A DNA stretch of 64,000 bases from Bdellovibrionales bacterium (GTDB taxonomy: Bacteria > Bdellovibrionota > Bdellovibrionia > Bdellovibrionales > Bdellovibrionaceae): assembly GCA_031370005.1 (NCBI GenBank), contig JANMPT010000021.1:64001-128000 (forward strand), written 5' to 3'. Numbering within the stretch: the first letter of the stretch is position 1; each line of letters starts with the position of its first letter. This document shows positions 47,711-57,500 of the stretch, one piece after another. The translations under genes were made by a program, and so were the position numbers. The notes under the pieces were generated by a model. It saw only the letters and a list, made by a program, of their open reading frames with translations. It was not told the DNA's origin and did not search any database.

Positions 47711-49196
47711 AACATCCAAGGAGCAAATTATAGCTGAACTGGATGTTTTGACTAAACAAGGTCAAAAGCAGCATGTGCTTAAAGAACTCATAAAAATATT
47801 AAAGAACTCACCCCCAAAGCCCTTACTCCCTCAATTGGCTCGATTGGCTAATCGTAACCATGCCTATGTGTTGGCACTTAGAATCCTGCATCCCCTGATT
47901 CGCGACGATCGAGAACAAATATCTGAAGCTAGCCCAGAGGTCTTGAATATTTATGCCACCTCTTTGATGTGGATAGGTGCACTTGAGGAATCCCATCAGT
48001 GTCTGCAAAGAATAAAATTATCCACGGAAGCACTGCTAACAGGCGCCTTTATTCATTTTGCACGATGGAACTATCATAATGCTATTCCGCTCCTAATAAA
48101 ATATGTCAATTCGTCTCAAATCGACAATTATCAAAAGCTTGTGGGACAAATTAATTTGCTTGCCGCCTTCGTCGCAACTGGAAATCTAAAGCAAGCAAGG
48201 TCTATTTTAGAAACACTATTGAGTGTCTTCAGTGAAAACCCAAGTTACAAACTTCTGCTGGGTAATTGTCTGGAATTAAGAGCTCAAATTGAAATTCTCG
48301 AAAATTCCTACGACAAAGCACTCCTTTCTTTAACTGAAGCCGAAAGATCATTGGCAGACCAACCAGGGCGCTATCTCCTGTATGTCAACAAATGGCGCTC
48401 AATTGCACAACTTGGATTGTCACCACAAGATTCTGAGGCACATAGTGCCTTAGCACAAGTTAAACAAGACGCTTTAAAACTGAGAAATTGGGAAACTCTC
48501 AGAGATTGCGATTTTCACCTGGCTAGACTGACACAAAATAACACGCTTTTGCAGCGGATTCTTTTAGGCACACCCTACCAGGGATATCATGACCGGATTC
48601 AATCCACTTTTGGAATCACGGTGACTGAGTCCCGAAACTTGGAATACTGTCCTGGTGATGTGCTTGCAAAGCCACGCCTAATCGGCTTGGATCTTGACAG
48701 TATTTCTGAAAACTCTTTATTGAATTCAACTTCTTGGCCATTACTTCAGCTAATAACACGAGATATCTACCGGCCACCACGCATGGGAGTAGTTTTTTCA
48801 GAACTATATAAAAATGAGTATTTCAACCCTTTTACCTCACCCCAAAGAGTTCGAAATAGTGTTTTCCGATTTAATGAGTGGGCTAAAGACCATACAAATA
48901 GCTTTCACATCAAGATCAGCCAAGGTGACTTCCTTCTAATGGCCCCTATAGGCCTTAGCGTTTCATCCACACGACGTGAGCGCCCATTAGACAGTTGGCA
49001 AGCCGCACTCAAGTTTTTTAAGTTACAAAATAACTCGCGAAGCTTTACCAGTTCTGACTTGGCAAAAGTGCTGGGAATAACTCAACGAAGCGCTTTGAAC
49101 ATTCTCAAAAAAGCGTTGGCCTCACGAAAAGTACAAAAAATTAATCGCGGTAAAAATTGCCGCTATATTTTCTTTTCTGGAAGACGAACTGGCTAG
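47703..49196 (+). CDS. TPR-like helical protein with C-terminal winged-helix domain(s), putative regulator
   Basis: Helical repeats in the N-terminal ~300 aa and a C-terminal 'FTSSDLAKVLGITQRSALNILK...KINRGKNCRY' wHTH. No signal peptide. Confidence 0.6.
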   Translation: MSKTSKEQIIAELDVLTKQGQKQHVLKELIKILKNSPPKPLLPQLARLANRNHAYVLALRILHPLIRDDREQISEASPEVLNIYATSLMWIGALEESHQCLQRIKLSTEALLTGAFIHFARWNYHNAIPLLIKYVNSSQIDNYQKLVGQINLLAAFVATGNLKQARSILETLLSVFSENPSYKLLLGNCLELRAQIEILENSYDKALLSLTEAERSLADQPGRYLLYVNKWRSIAQLGLSPQDSEAHSALAQVKQDALKLRNWETLRDCDFHLARLTQNNTLLQRILLGTPYQGYHDRIQSTFGITVTESRNLEYCPGDVLAKPRLIGLDLDSISENSLLNSTSWPLLQLITRDIYRPPRMGVVFSELYKNEYFNPFTSPQRVRNSVFRFNEWAKDHTNSFHIKISQGDFLLMAPIGLSVSSTRRERPLDSWQAALKFFKLQNNSRSFTSSDLAKVLGITQRSALNILKKALASRKVQKINRGKNCRYIFFSGRRTG

Positions 49197-49197
49197 C

Positions 49198-51324
49198 TTA
49201 TTTCAGATCAAATGAAAAGATTCTAAAAATACCATCTGATGCTGGTCCAGCCAGAATCACTCGATTCTTATCTGCTGATACATCAATTTTCCATGGCCCC
49301 TTATCAGTGGGATTTAGTTTAAGTGGAGGGCGCCCATCAATGGGCACAAAGACTACTTCCTTTGACGGCTGGTTGTTGCCATCATTAAGTGCTAAACCGA
49401 AACCAATATTTGTTGATTTTAAATCAGGAACAGAAGAGTGCACACTAGGAAATTCATTGATTCTCAAGCACTCGCTTTCACTTTTAACATAATAAAATCG
49501 ATAAAGTTTCAATAGACTATCATAAGTAAAGAGATAAATCCTTTGATCAGGCAAGGCGCCGACAAATAGTTTTTTGCCAAGCACTCCTTCACATAATACC
49601 CTTGTAGACTTCGTAGTTAAGTTTATTTGGTATAGTGATGGGCTCTGGGGATCCCCACCGAAACCATATAGCCATTGATTGTCTATCAAGACAATTTTTG
49701 AAGGAAATTGCATTGCAGAAAAATTATTTGAAGCACTATCGTAACCAAGCCGCGGATCGATCGAAACACTTAAAAGATCCCCTGTCTCTGTATTATAAGC
49801 CATTGGATTTTTGGATGATGAAACTGCATCCCCAAGCAGGATCCATTTACGGTCATCAGAAATCCAAAGCAAAAACTTATTCTTCGCAATCTGTTTAACA
49901 CTTCCATCGGAAAGAGATACTAAAACGGTATCAATGGTATCATCACATGTAGAAGAAATTAAAACAGACTGTTCCGAATTGAAAGTCTCTAAAGAAAATC
50001 TTAAGTCCGTGCAGGAAGATAAAATATCGATTGGAAGATCCGTCATCGACCTTGTCGCTACATCATAGATTTTAAATTTTTTAAAATCTCCATTATTCAG
50101 TGGACCAATTATTACTTTGTTTGAATTAGCTAAAGTTTTATAGACAACCCTGCTAAGGGAACTAAAAATATCAATTAAATTATTAGATTGAATATCAAAA
50201 TCATGCAAAATCATTAATTGCGAAGAGATATTGGTTTCTTCATAAATCAAATGCTGATTCTGTGTCACTTCGGGTCTGTCTAACATATAATTGGGCGAAG
50301 TCGCTCCAGCCTGAAGGTTGGTAAGTCTGGTCACACGGGCTTGTTTTGAATTAAAAACATACCATGAACTAAAGGTCTCCGAAAATGCGCGAGCACTAAA
50401 CACTCTCAAATTTTTATCGGCAATAGGAAAGTTTTCAAGTGATGAATAGTTATCACCAAGAATTGCCTTAGTAAAATCAGTGACTGAGTTATCCAAGCCA
50501 ATTTTATAGGTATGTGTAACAAAAGGCGCCAAGTCAACTGGGAAGAAAATTTCTCCACTTCCAAAAATATCAAAAGTCGACGTAGATAAATCCGACAATT
50601 GGCGTAGTGACCAATTAGAGGTATCCAGCGATCCCCCAATTACACACGTAAGATTGTGGGACTTCATACCTGACAAACTAGTAGATTCGATACGTCCTGC
50701 GAATTTTTTATGAAGCATTGCAGGCTTCGACAAATCCACCTTAAATTTAATTTTGTCAGAAACATATTCAACTTCATTTGGCGATAATATGCGCCCAGTT
50801 GGAAAATCACTTTCAATGCTTTGTGGAAAATACACACGAGTTCGAACTTCATTTGTGTCTCTATCATAATGCGACACAATTTCAAAACTAGGACTTTCAA
50901 AATCATCTCGGCATAGGACTTCTGCAAGATTGCTAGGGATGCCCTGCGGTTTTATTTCGTAGCGTTTAAAAAGTGCGTCATTGACAGAAATAAATTCATT
51001 TTGAAAAGGGGAAATATTGATATCTGAGACCGAGATAGGCGTACTCTGCTTGGAACACTGAGTGCTTTTATTTTCATAAATATAAGCTTGGCCATTTTTA
51101 ATTTCTGCAACTTGATCTGGAGCAGGACTTCCCTCGCAAGTGTAGTTTGGAATAAACCGATAGTAGGCGCCATCAATCTTTCCCTCATAACCGCCGCCAT
51201 TTCCAGAATTTTTTGATGAAATATTGAATTGCTCTGGGATTGAATAATTCAAGCCACAACCCTGGTAACCCAACAGCATAAAAGCCAGAGCTAAAAAATG
51301 AAACAAACGTTTGAATCTTCTCAT
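49198..51324 (-). CDS. Large lipoprotein with a probable C-terminal beta-propeller
   Basis: Signal with YQGC lipobox, GNGGGYEGK motif, paired Cys, and TolB-like blades (VTRLTNL, WISDDRKWILL, VSADKNRVIL). Confidence 0.65.
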   Translation of the reverse strand: MRRFKRLFHFLALAFMLLGYQGCGLNYSIPEQFNISSKNSGNGGGYEGKIDGAYYRFIPNYTCEGSPAPDQVAEIKNGQAYIYENKSTQCSKQSTPISVSDINISPFQNEFISVNDALFKRYEIKPQGIPSNLAEVLCRDDFESPSFEIVSHYDRDTNEVRTRVYFPQSIESDFPTGRILSPNEVEYVSDKIKFKVDLSKPAMLHKKFAGRIESTSLSGMKSHNLTCVIGGSLDTSNWSLRQLSDLSTSTFDIFGSGEIFFPVDLAPFVTHTYKIGLDNSVTDFTKAILGDNYSSLENFPIADKNLRVFSARAFSETFSSWYVFNSKQARVTRLTNLQAGATSPNYMLDRPEVTQNQHLIYEETNISSQLMILHDFDIQSNNLIDIFSSLSRVVYKTLANSNKVIIGPLNNGDFKKFKIYDVATRSMTDLPIDILSSCTDLRFSLETFNSEQSVLISSTCDDTIDTVLVSLSDGSVKQIAKNKFLLWISDDRKWILLGDAVSSSKNPMAYNTETGDLLSVSIDPRLGYDSASNNFSAMQFPSKIVLIDNQWLYGFGGDPQSPSLYQINLTTKSTRVLCEGVLGKKLFVGALPDQRIYLFTYDSLLKLYRFYYVKSESECLRINEFPSVHSSVPDLKSTNIGFGLALNDGNNQPSKEVVFVPIDGRPPLKLNPTDKGPWKIDVSADKNRVILAGPASDGIFRIFSFDLK

Positions 51325-51541
51325 TTATTTTATGATATCCCCATCTCTCAATTATACCTGGGTCTTATAGAATCGAGTTGTTTTCCTTTAAAATTAAAAA
51401 ACAATGTCTTACTTTGAGATACTTAAGCTAAGCCATTGAAATGACCTGAGGTCTAACCTGTTTCCAGAATTTTTTGAAATTTCATAAGCGGGCTCCATTG
51501 TTTTATTCTAAATGCATCAACAAAACTTCGAGGAGGAATAA

Positions 51542-52246
51542 ATGGAAAAACAAATTTTTAATGATCGAAATAAAAATAAGCAGCCAGAACAGAGTAAAAT
51601 AGAAAAGGTCGATATCGCCTACTCATCGGAACCTTGGTGGTATGATATACGAGGATTTTTAATCCTTACTTTCTCATATCGCAGCACCTTGCCAGCGCAA
51701 ATCCATTTATTTGGTACAGGCATTGGCCCTAAGCATCTTGAGGCTGCAATCGGCACTGGCACTCTTTTTGATTTGATTTTAAAATGGCGCAAGTGGAAAA
51801 AACTTCCAACTATTGACGTGCTAGGATTTGACTATGCCGAGCGCATGCTAGCTGGGGCAAGAAAACGTTTTGCAAAAGAAAAACAGATCAAATTATTACG
51901 AGCAGATGCCGCTCACCTTGATCTGACAAATAACTCCTTCGATACAGTCAATATAGCCAATGCCATTCATTGCCTACCAGAGGTTGAATCCAGCCTCAGC
52001 GAAATGTATCGAGTTCTAAAGCCAGGAGGACTTTTGCTTGGAAACTGTCTGCTAGAACCAAAAGCAAATAGCTTTTGGGACCGCCTTTCCCGCAAAATTA
52101 ATAACTGGGGAATGAAAAAAGGGATTCTCTATCGTCCGTATATGGAGGACGAAATTATCGAATTACTACTCAAGGTAGGTTTTGAAATAAAATTTCGGCA
52201 AGTCAGCGGCAACTGTTTTAATTTTATCATGCAGAAACCATTTTGA
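51542..52246 (+). CDS. Class I SAM-dependent methyltransferase
   Basis: GAGGAGG SD, LEAAIGTG, GFD..ERML, ADA..L...SFD and RVLKPGG. Confidence 0.88.
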   Translation: MEKQIFNDRNKNKQPEQSKIEKVDIAYSSEPWWYDIRGFLILTFSYRSTLPAQIHLFGTGIGPKHLEAAIGTGTLFDLILKWRKWKKLPTIDVLGFDYAERMLAGARKRFAKEKQIKLLRADAAHLDLTNNSFDTVNIANAIHCLPEVESSLSEMYRVLKPGGLLLGNCLLEPKANSFWDRLSRKINNWGMKKGILYRPYMEDEIIELLLKVGFEIKFRQVSGNCFNFIMQKPF

Positions 52247-52253
52247 AAATTAA

Positions 52254-52296
52254 GTCACGAATGAACTGAATCTAAATTGTTCAGCTCACTCGTGAC
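52254..52296 (-). terminator. 17-bp stem hairpin between convergent genes, probable intrinsic terminator
   Basis: Arms GTCACGAATGAACTGAA and TTCAGCTCACTCGTGAC pair 15/17 around a 9-nt loop. Both mismatches become G-U on the minus-strand RNA, which continues UUAAUUUUC. Confidence 0.6.
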
Positions 52297-52303
52297 GAGC
52301 ATA

Positions 52304-52897
52304 TTATGCTTGCGGATGATAGTCTTTACTTGAAGGTTTTGACGGTTTCACTTTTTCTTCTGAGCTCGTTGCTATATCTTTAGCTCCTCCGTCTTTTAAT
52401 ATCTCTTTGGCACTTTTCTGCAAATTAGAATCATCTACATGTACCGACAAGAGCATGCCGCCGTCTTTCATAAAGTCTTCATAGCGTTTGGCCTCATACT
52501 CAGGAATGCCAAAGCCGACCAATGCGCCTGTAATACCTCCAACAGTTCCACCGATTCCTGCGCCGGCAATTGCAGCAACGATAGGGCCTGCTGCCACAAA
52601 GGGGCCTAAACCTGGAATCGCTAGAGAACCAATTCCGACTAGCCAACCAAATATACCGCCAATGGCAAGTCCACTTGTAGCTCCTACTGTAGCTCCTTCG
52701 GGAGCTTTCGTCGACTTTTCATGAGCGAAGTTTCTTGTGCTTTCCGGAGTCGGCATTAGCACTGAGATATCGGTGCTATTAAACCCATTGGTCTTAAGGT
52801 TCTCAACCGTGGTTTCTAACGCCGATCTACTGTCAAAAATGCCAAATACCGCCTTGTGATTATGACCTTTTTCATGTTCATTTTTTTCAAATACCAT
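52304..52897 (-). CDS. General-stress-type membrane protein (DUF3341/YflT-like, glycine zipper)
   Basis: AAGGAGG SD, AVFGIF...L..GF...DISVL, Gly-zipper LAIPGLGP.VAAGP and GIPEYEAKRYE. Confidence 0.82.
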   Translation of the reverse strand: MVFEKNEHEKGHNHKAVFGIFDSRSALETTVENLKTNGFNSTDISVLMPTPESTRNFAHEKSTKAPEGATVGATSGLAIGGIFGWLVGIGSLAIPGLGPFVAAGPIVAAIAGAGIGGTVGGITGALVGFGIPEYEAKRYEDFMKDGGMLLSVHVDDSNLQKSAKEILKDGGAKDIATSSEEKVKPSKPSSKDYHPQA

Positions 52898-52961
52898 AGA
52901 ATCCTCCTTGTGATCATCGCCTCTAATGCAATGATGATTTAATTTCTAATGCTTACATTAT

Positions 52962-53141
52962 TCAATGACGATCTTTTTTTCGATTTTTGTCTTTTTTTGA
53001 TTTGTTCATTGTTGTTGCGAAAGAAATTTCTTTGGCATTATTTTCAGAGTTTCCCTGCTCTATCTCACTTTTTGCAGTATGTTTCTCCATTCTTTTTTCA
53101 TTGTTTGGCTGCTGTTCTCTTTTAGATTGTGTCTGTCTCAT
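52962..53141 (-). CDS. Small hydrophilic charged protein (59 aa)
   Basis: Strong AAGGAGGT SD before ATG 53141, same strand and directly upstream of the stress protein gene. No recognisable domain. Confidence 0.5.
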   Translation of the reverse strand: MRQTQSKREQQPNNEKRMEKHTAKSEIEQGNSENNAKEISFATTMNKSKKDKNRKKDRH

Positions 53142-53435
53142 AACCACCTCCTTGGCAGTGCAAATATAAGATCAGTAATACTAAAAAAATACACTTCAGT
53201 TTTGCGGAAAAAACTTGGAACTTTTCTTCTTATCTGACAATGACAAATTACCCGCCTATTCGTCACTGTCTCAAAACAAGGCATAGCACACTCTAACTGT
53301 TTGCCTAATCACAGGTGTTAAGCCAAAAACGTCACAACCTCTTTAAATCAAGCATAAAGTTCTAGTCCCTTTGCCTACTTAAGCCATTTTTTCGTAGCAC
53401 GATCTTTGAACTTACTTGCTTTTGAGAAAGGTAAT

Positions 53436-54551
53436 ATGAAAAAAATAAAATTTACGCCATTTTTATTTATATTGTTCCTGGGGCTTCTTCACCTTTGTTG
53501 TGCCTCCTTATCTTTTGCGGGGCCAACCGATGCTTCATGGAAAATGGGGCTTGCTGGTATCGATGCCCAAGACACACAAGCCTCAAGTAAATTTGTGGGT
53601 TTCATGTTTGACGCGAAAATGAAATACTGGCTTCACCCAGAACTTTTTATGAATCTCGATCCTAATATTAAATTTGAAAATGGCAGCTTCCAATCAATTG
53701 ACGGCGAACGTAAAAATGAAAGCGGCCTCTACCTGAAAGAAGCCGGAATACATTGGCTCTTTACAAAGAACTCCTTCCTTTCTGGCGGAGCCCTCCATCA
53801 GGGGACAAATCACTCAGAGCTTTTGATAGGCGATCAAGCCTTTCCCGCTGTACGCGGTGAGCTAGAAATTGCAAATACTGGCAATCTTAAAACTCTTCTA
53901 GATATTGAACAAGCCATCCCAACTTCAAGCTCCTTAAGTACTAACACCACTGGCGTTGAATCCACACCAAGATTCTTAAGTGCCTCCATGGCTGTTAATT
54001 TCGAAAATAATAATTACTTTTGGAAAACCCGACTCGGAGTCTTTAGCTATGACAATTTGCCAAGTGCCGTGGCATACCAAAGTGCACTTCGTGGCAATAC
54101 TGTTTTGTCACTCACAGAAAATGAGTCTTTATTTGTTTATCAGTACCAAGGGGTCGAAGTCATGACTTCCTTGCGCTTACCAATAACGCACGGTTGGGAC
54201 TTGATGAGCTCTGCTTCTTACTTGCAAAACAGCAAGGCAAGCAGTGATCTCAATCAAGCATATGCCATTAGCGCTGGTTCTGAATTCTTTCTTGTTGGAA
54301 GAAAAAGTATTGATGTCAAACTCACAAGCTTTCGAATTGAACCTGATGCCGCAATTGCATACTTTAATACGGGAAAATACTTCAATACGAATCGTATTGG
54401 CTACAATATAGAATCATTTGTTTATTTAAATAAATATAAGTTCAAAATCGGCTTGGGCTATACTGAGGCGGAAGTTATTTATCTAAACCCAGCTCAAAGT
54501 CGCGAAAAAAGTCTAATGCTCATGCTGGAGACCTTTTATGCCAATATCTAA
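53436..54551 (+). CDS. Uncharacterised outer membrane beta-barrel protein
   Basis: GAAAGG SD, signal peptide (SFA|G) and alternating amphipathic strands with aromatic ends throughout. Overlaps the next gene by 14 bp. Confidence 0.7.
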   Translation: MKKIKFTPFLFILFLGLLHLCCASLSFAGPTDASWKMGLAGIDAQDTQASSKFVGFMFDAKMKYWLHPELFMNLDPNIKFENGSFQSIDGERKNESGLYLKEAGIHWLFTKNSFLSGGALHQGTNHSELLIGDQAFPAVRGELEIANTGNLKTLLDIEQAIPTSSSLSTNTTGVESTPRFLSASMAVNFENNNYFWKTRLGVFSYDNLPSAVAYQSALRGNTVLSLTENESLFVYQYQGVEVMTSLRLPITHGWDLMSSASYLQNSKASSDLNQAYAISAGSEFFLVGRKSIDVKLTSFRIEPDAAIAYFNTGKYFNTNRIGYNIESFVYLNKYKFKIGLGYTEAEVIYLNPAQSREKSLMLMLETFYANI

Positions 54552-57500
54552 GCAGCTATTACTCATGTTGTTATGCATAAATTTACTGGGACTCACAGCT
54601 TGCAATATCCCAAATCCCAAATCAAGGGAAACAGAGGGTCATTCAGTGGCCACTTTCTTCGTCACCGAGGCAAAGGGTGATGCTCTGGCTGCAAAACTAA
54701 ATAAAGACTATTCAATTCCTCAAAGTAAAACCTTCAACTTCACAGCTTGCATAAAAGACCATGCACAATCAAAGCCTCTCATTGGCCATCCCTTCCGCAT
54801 CGGGCCAATCAATAAAGAAGTTAAGAGCGATGAAAAAGGCTGCTTAAATTGGAGTGAAGAGGTTTCTTTTAATTTCTTTTCAGAGCCTAAATATTTGGAT
54901 TGGAAACGTCAAATCACTGCCACTGGACTACACAAAGGAACTCGCATTGTTCGCTTTGCTATCAATCCCTGGAGTGACAATGATAAATCTCCGGCAGTTG
55001 TGAATCTTGAAACTGTGACTCCTCCACAGCTGGTCAGTGACTTTGAAAAAATTCAGGAAACATTGCAAGGCTCCTCAGCGGGTGCCCATGTATCCAAAAA
55101 TTCGTTATGGGTAAATGATATGCGAATTCAGAGTAATGAGCAAAAATTTACTCAAAATGGAGTTGTCCTGAATCTTGAATTGATGGCTATTCCCCAATTG
55201 CAAGTCTCAACTATTAACGGTGAAAAAATACTCCGTCCACTCACACAAGGACGCTTTAAAGCAAAAATATATCTGATTCACACACTGGTTGAGGACAACA
55301 AAGAAGTCCATCGTATCTTGTCTCAATCTATTCCACAAACAGCAGCAATACATGGTGGAAATTTGTTTATAAAATCACTTATAAAACTCACCTCCATTCC
55401 AACTCGTGGCCAATTGGTATTGGGCCTTGATATCTCCGCAGAGGATAACAATGCAAATATTGGAAACTTCCAAGGCATTTACATGATGGGTGATTATGAT
55501 CAACTCAAAAGCTCTGGTTTCTTGAGATTGATGAGCGTTGTAACAGAGAGCAATGAATTTAAAATATCAAACTTTATCAATTCAAAACTTGAAGACAAGC
55601 TTTCAGAGAACTCCCTAAACAAAGACGCGTACGTGAAACCACGCATTGAAATAGCACCTTTAGAATTTAAATATATCCGCGTAGGAAAAGAAACCACCTC
55701 AGAAAGAGAAATTATTTATAACGTCAAAGCATGTATTAAAAATGGTCTCGAGCAAAAAACTACTCGAGGTTATACTTTTAATGTACAGGGTTTTCGTCAA
55801 AACGTTCGTCAAAACGATAGTGACGCAATAAAAACAACAAAAATTACCACAGATAACTCATCATGTATTAACTGGGATGAGGCAATGACATTTAAGTACT
55901 ACGAATGTCAAAAGTATATCAAAGGCTTTATCGAAATCGAAAACAAGGATCTTGCACTGAAACAAAAAATCGAAGTCGCCATCAATCCATGGGAATCTTG
56001 GGGGACTTTTGCCCGTGACCTCAGATATGTCGATAGCCAGGAACGTCTTCTTACAGACTGTAAAAAGGAAAATGTCCTGCCTTCAACTGTCTCCCTGAAA
56101 AACCTGAGCTACTCGACTCTTTCCTATAATTATGAAATCGATAATCTCTTAAACTTGACCTTTAAAAAGAAACTCCGTCTTAAGCTCGACGCTACCGTGA
56201 GCCTCTTTAGCGATATGGCCAGAGGGCGTATGCAGAGTGCCCAGAAGCTCCGTCCAGGGATTTATTTGCTTAAATTGGCATTAATTAAAAATCGCGACTA
56301 CTACAATCAAAATTCCTATGTCAGCTCAGTAGAAAAACTCGTAGCCACCTTGGATGGGGACATCAAAACCGATGTCGAGTTTAAAACATCTGATTTAAAA
56401 GCCATTGGGGACCGCAATACCTTATTAGTTGAGCTAGATCCTGTTAATGAGGACAAAATAACTGTAGATAAAGATGGTAACGTTTCTGTCAAAGAAAAAG
56501 TGAGCTCCCTAGATGAGATCATCAATCACAACACAGGCTTATATAACCGAACCTTTAGTACAGCAATAAATTTGAATACAGATAGAGACACTCAAGAGCT
56601 TACAGCAATGGAGACCACAGAAGCCAATCAGTACTTAGTCAACGCGAATTTGCCAAAACTTGATGAGGCCCGCAAGTCATTAATCCGTGAGTATATTAAA
56701 TACGGTGAAAGACTTGCTTTTCAAAACTTTCAAGCTCAAAAAGCTCAAGCAGATATGAAACTTTTTGCAAAAAATAATTCATTAAAACAAATTTCAGCGA
56801 GCGAAAATAGCGACTCCGTGGATATGCGCACTATCTTAGCAACGTCCCAGACTCATGTCAGCGAAACACAAATGAAAAAGAATCTAATGCAACTTTCAAC
56901 AAGCGGTAAAATCAACACAGAATTAAGCGAAGATCTTTGTTCCTATTGGTTCGAAAGCCTTATAGCTAAGGATCTCTGGGGCTCTTATGGTAAATTTGCA
57001 CTTCTGATTTGTAGCGTAAATGGAAAACATCCCGAGCTTCTTTTTAATATCGAAAAGCGTCTTTTTATAAAAGAACTTGAAAGCTATAACTATTTAAAGG
57101 GCTATAATTCGGTGATCTCTGTTGGTAATAATATCACTTTAACAAAATCACTTGCTCATTCAAATTATGTTACAAAATCTTTAAGCTTCAGCATGGGGCT
57201 CTTAAAAAAATTCGCAGATGTCTTCTCCATTGGGGTTTCGGGCAGCTATACAATTTCCCAATCTGATTCGAAGGCCGAAACAAGCGCTAACAGTATCTCT
57301 GTGAGCATGAACACCTCATTGCTGATGCAACAAAATATCTATCAATTAAAGCTCAGACGTTACCAAGAATGCAGTATTGTCAGGATAAAACCGAAGCTTT
57401 TCATAAAAGGCGGTTTTTTTGCATCCGCACTTAATTCAAGGCTTTCTGAAAACGAAAAAGCTGAAGTGGTTTCCCGTGGTCTTATGATTTGCACGGGTAC

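Noticed and set aside
51542..52246. Methyltransferase as a restriction-modification component
   Set aside because: It lacks DPPY/NPPY or PC motifs, resembles small-molecule methyltransferases, and has no nuclease nearby.
53395..53410. Sigma54 -24/-12-like sequence TAGCACGATCTTTGAA upstream of the barrel gene
   Set aside because: Both near-invariant dinucleotides deviate (AG for GG, GA for GC), so it is not supportable.
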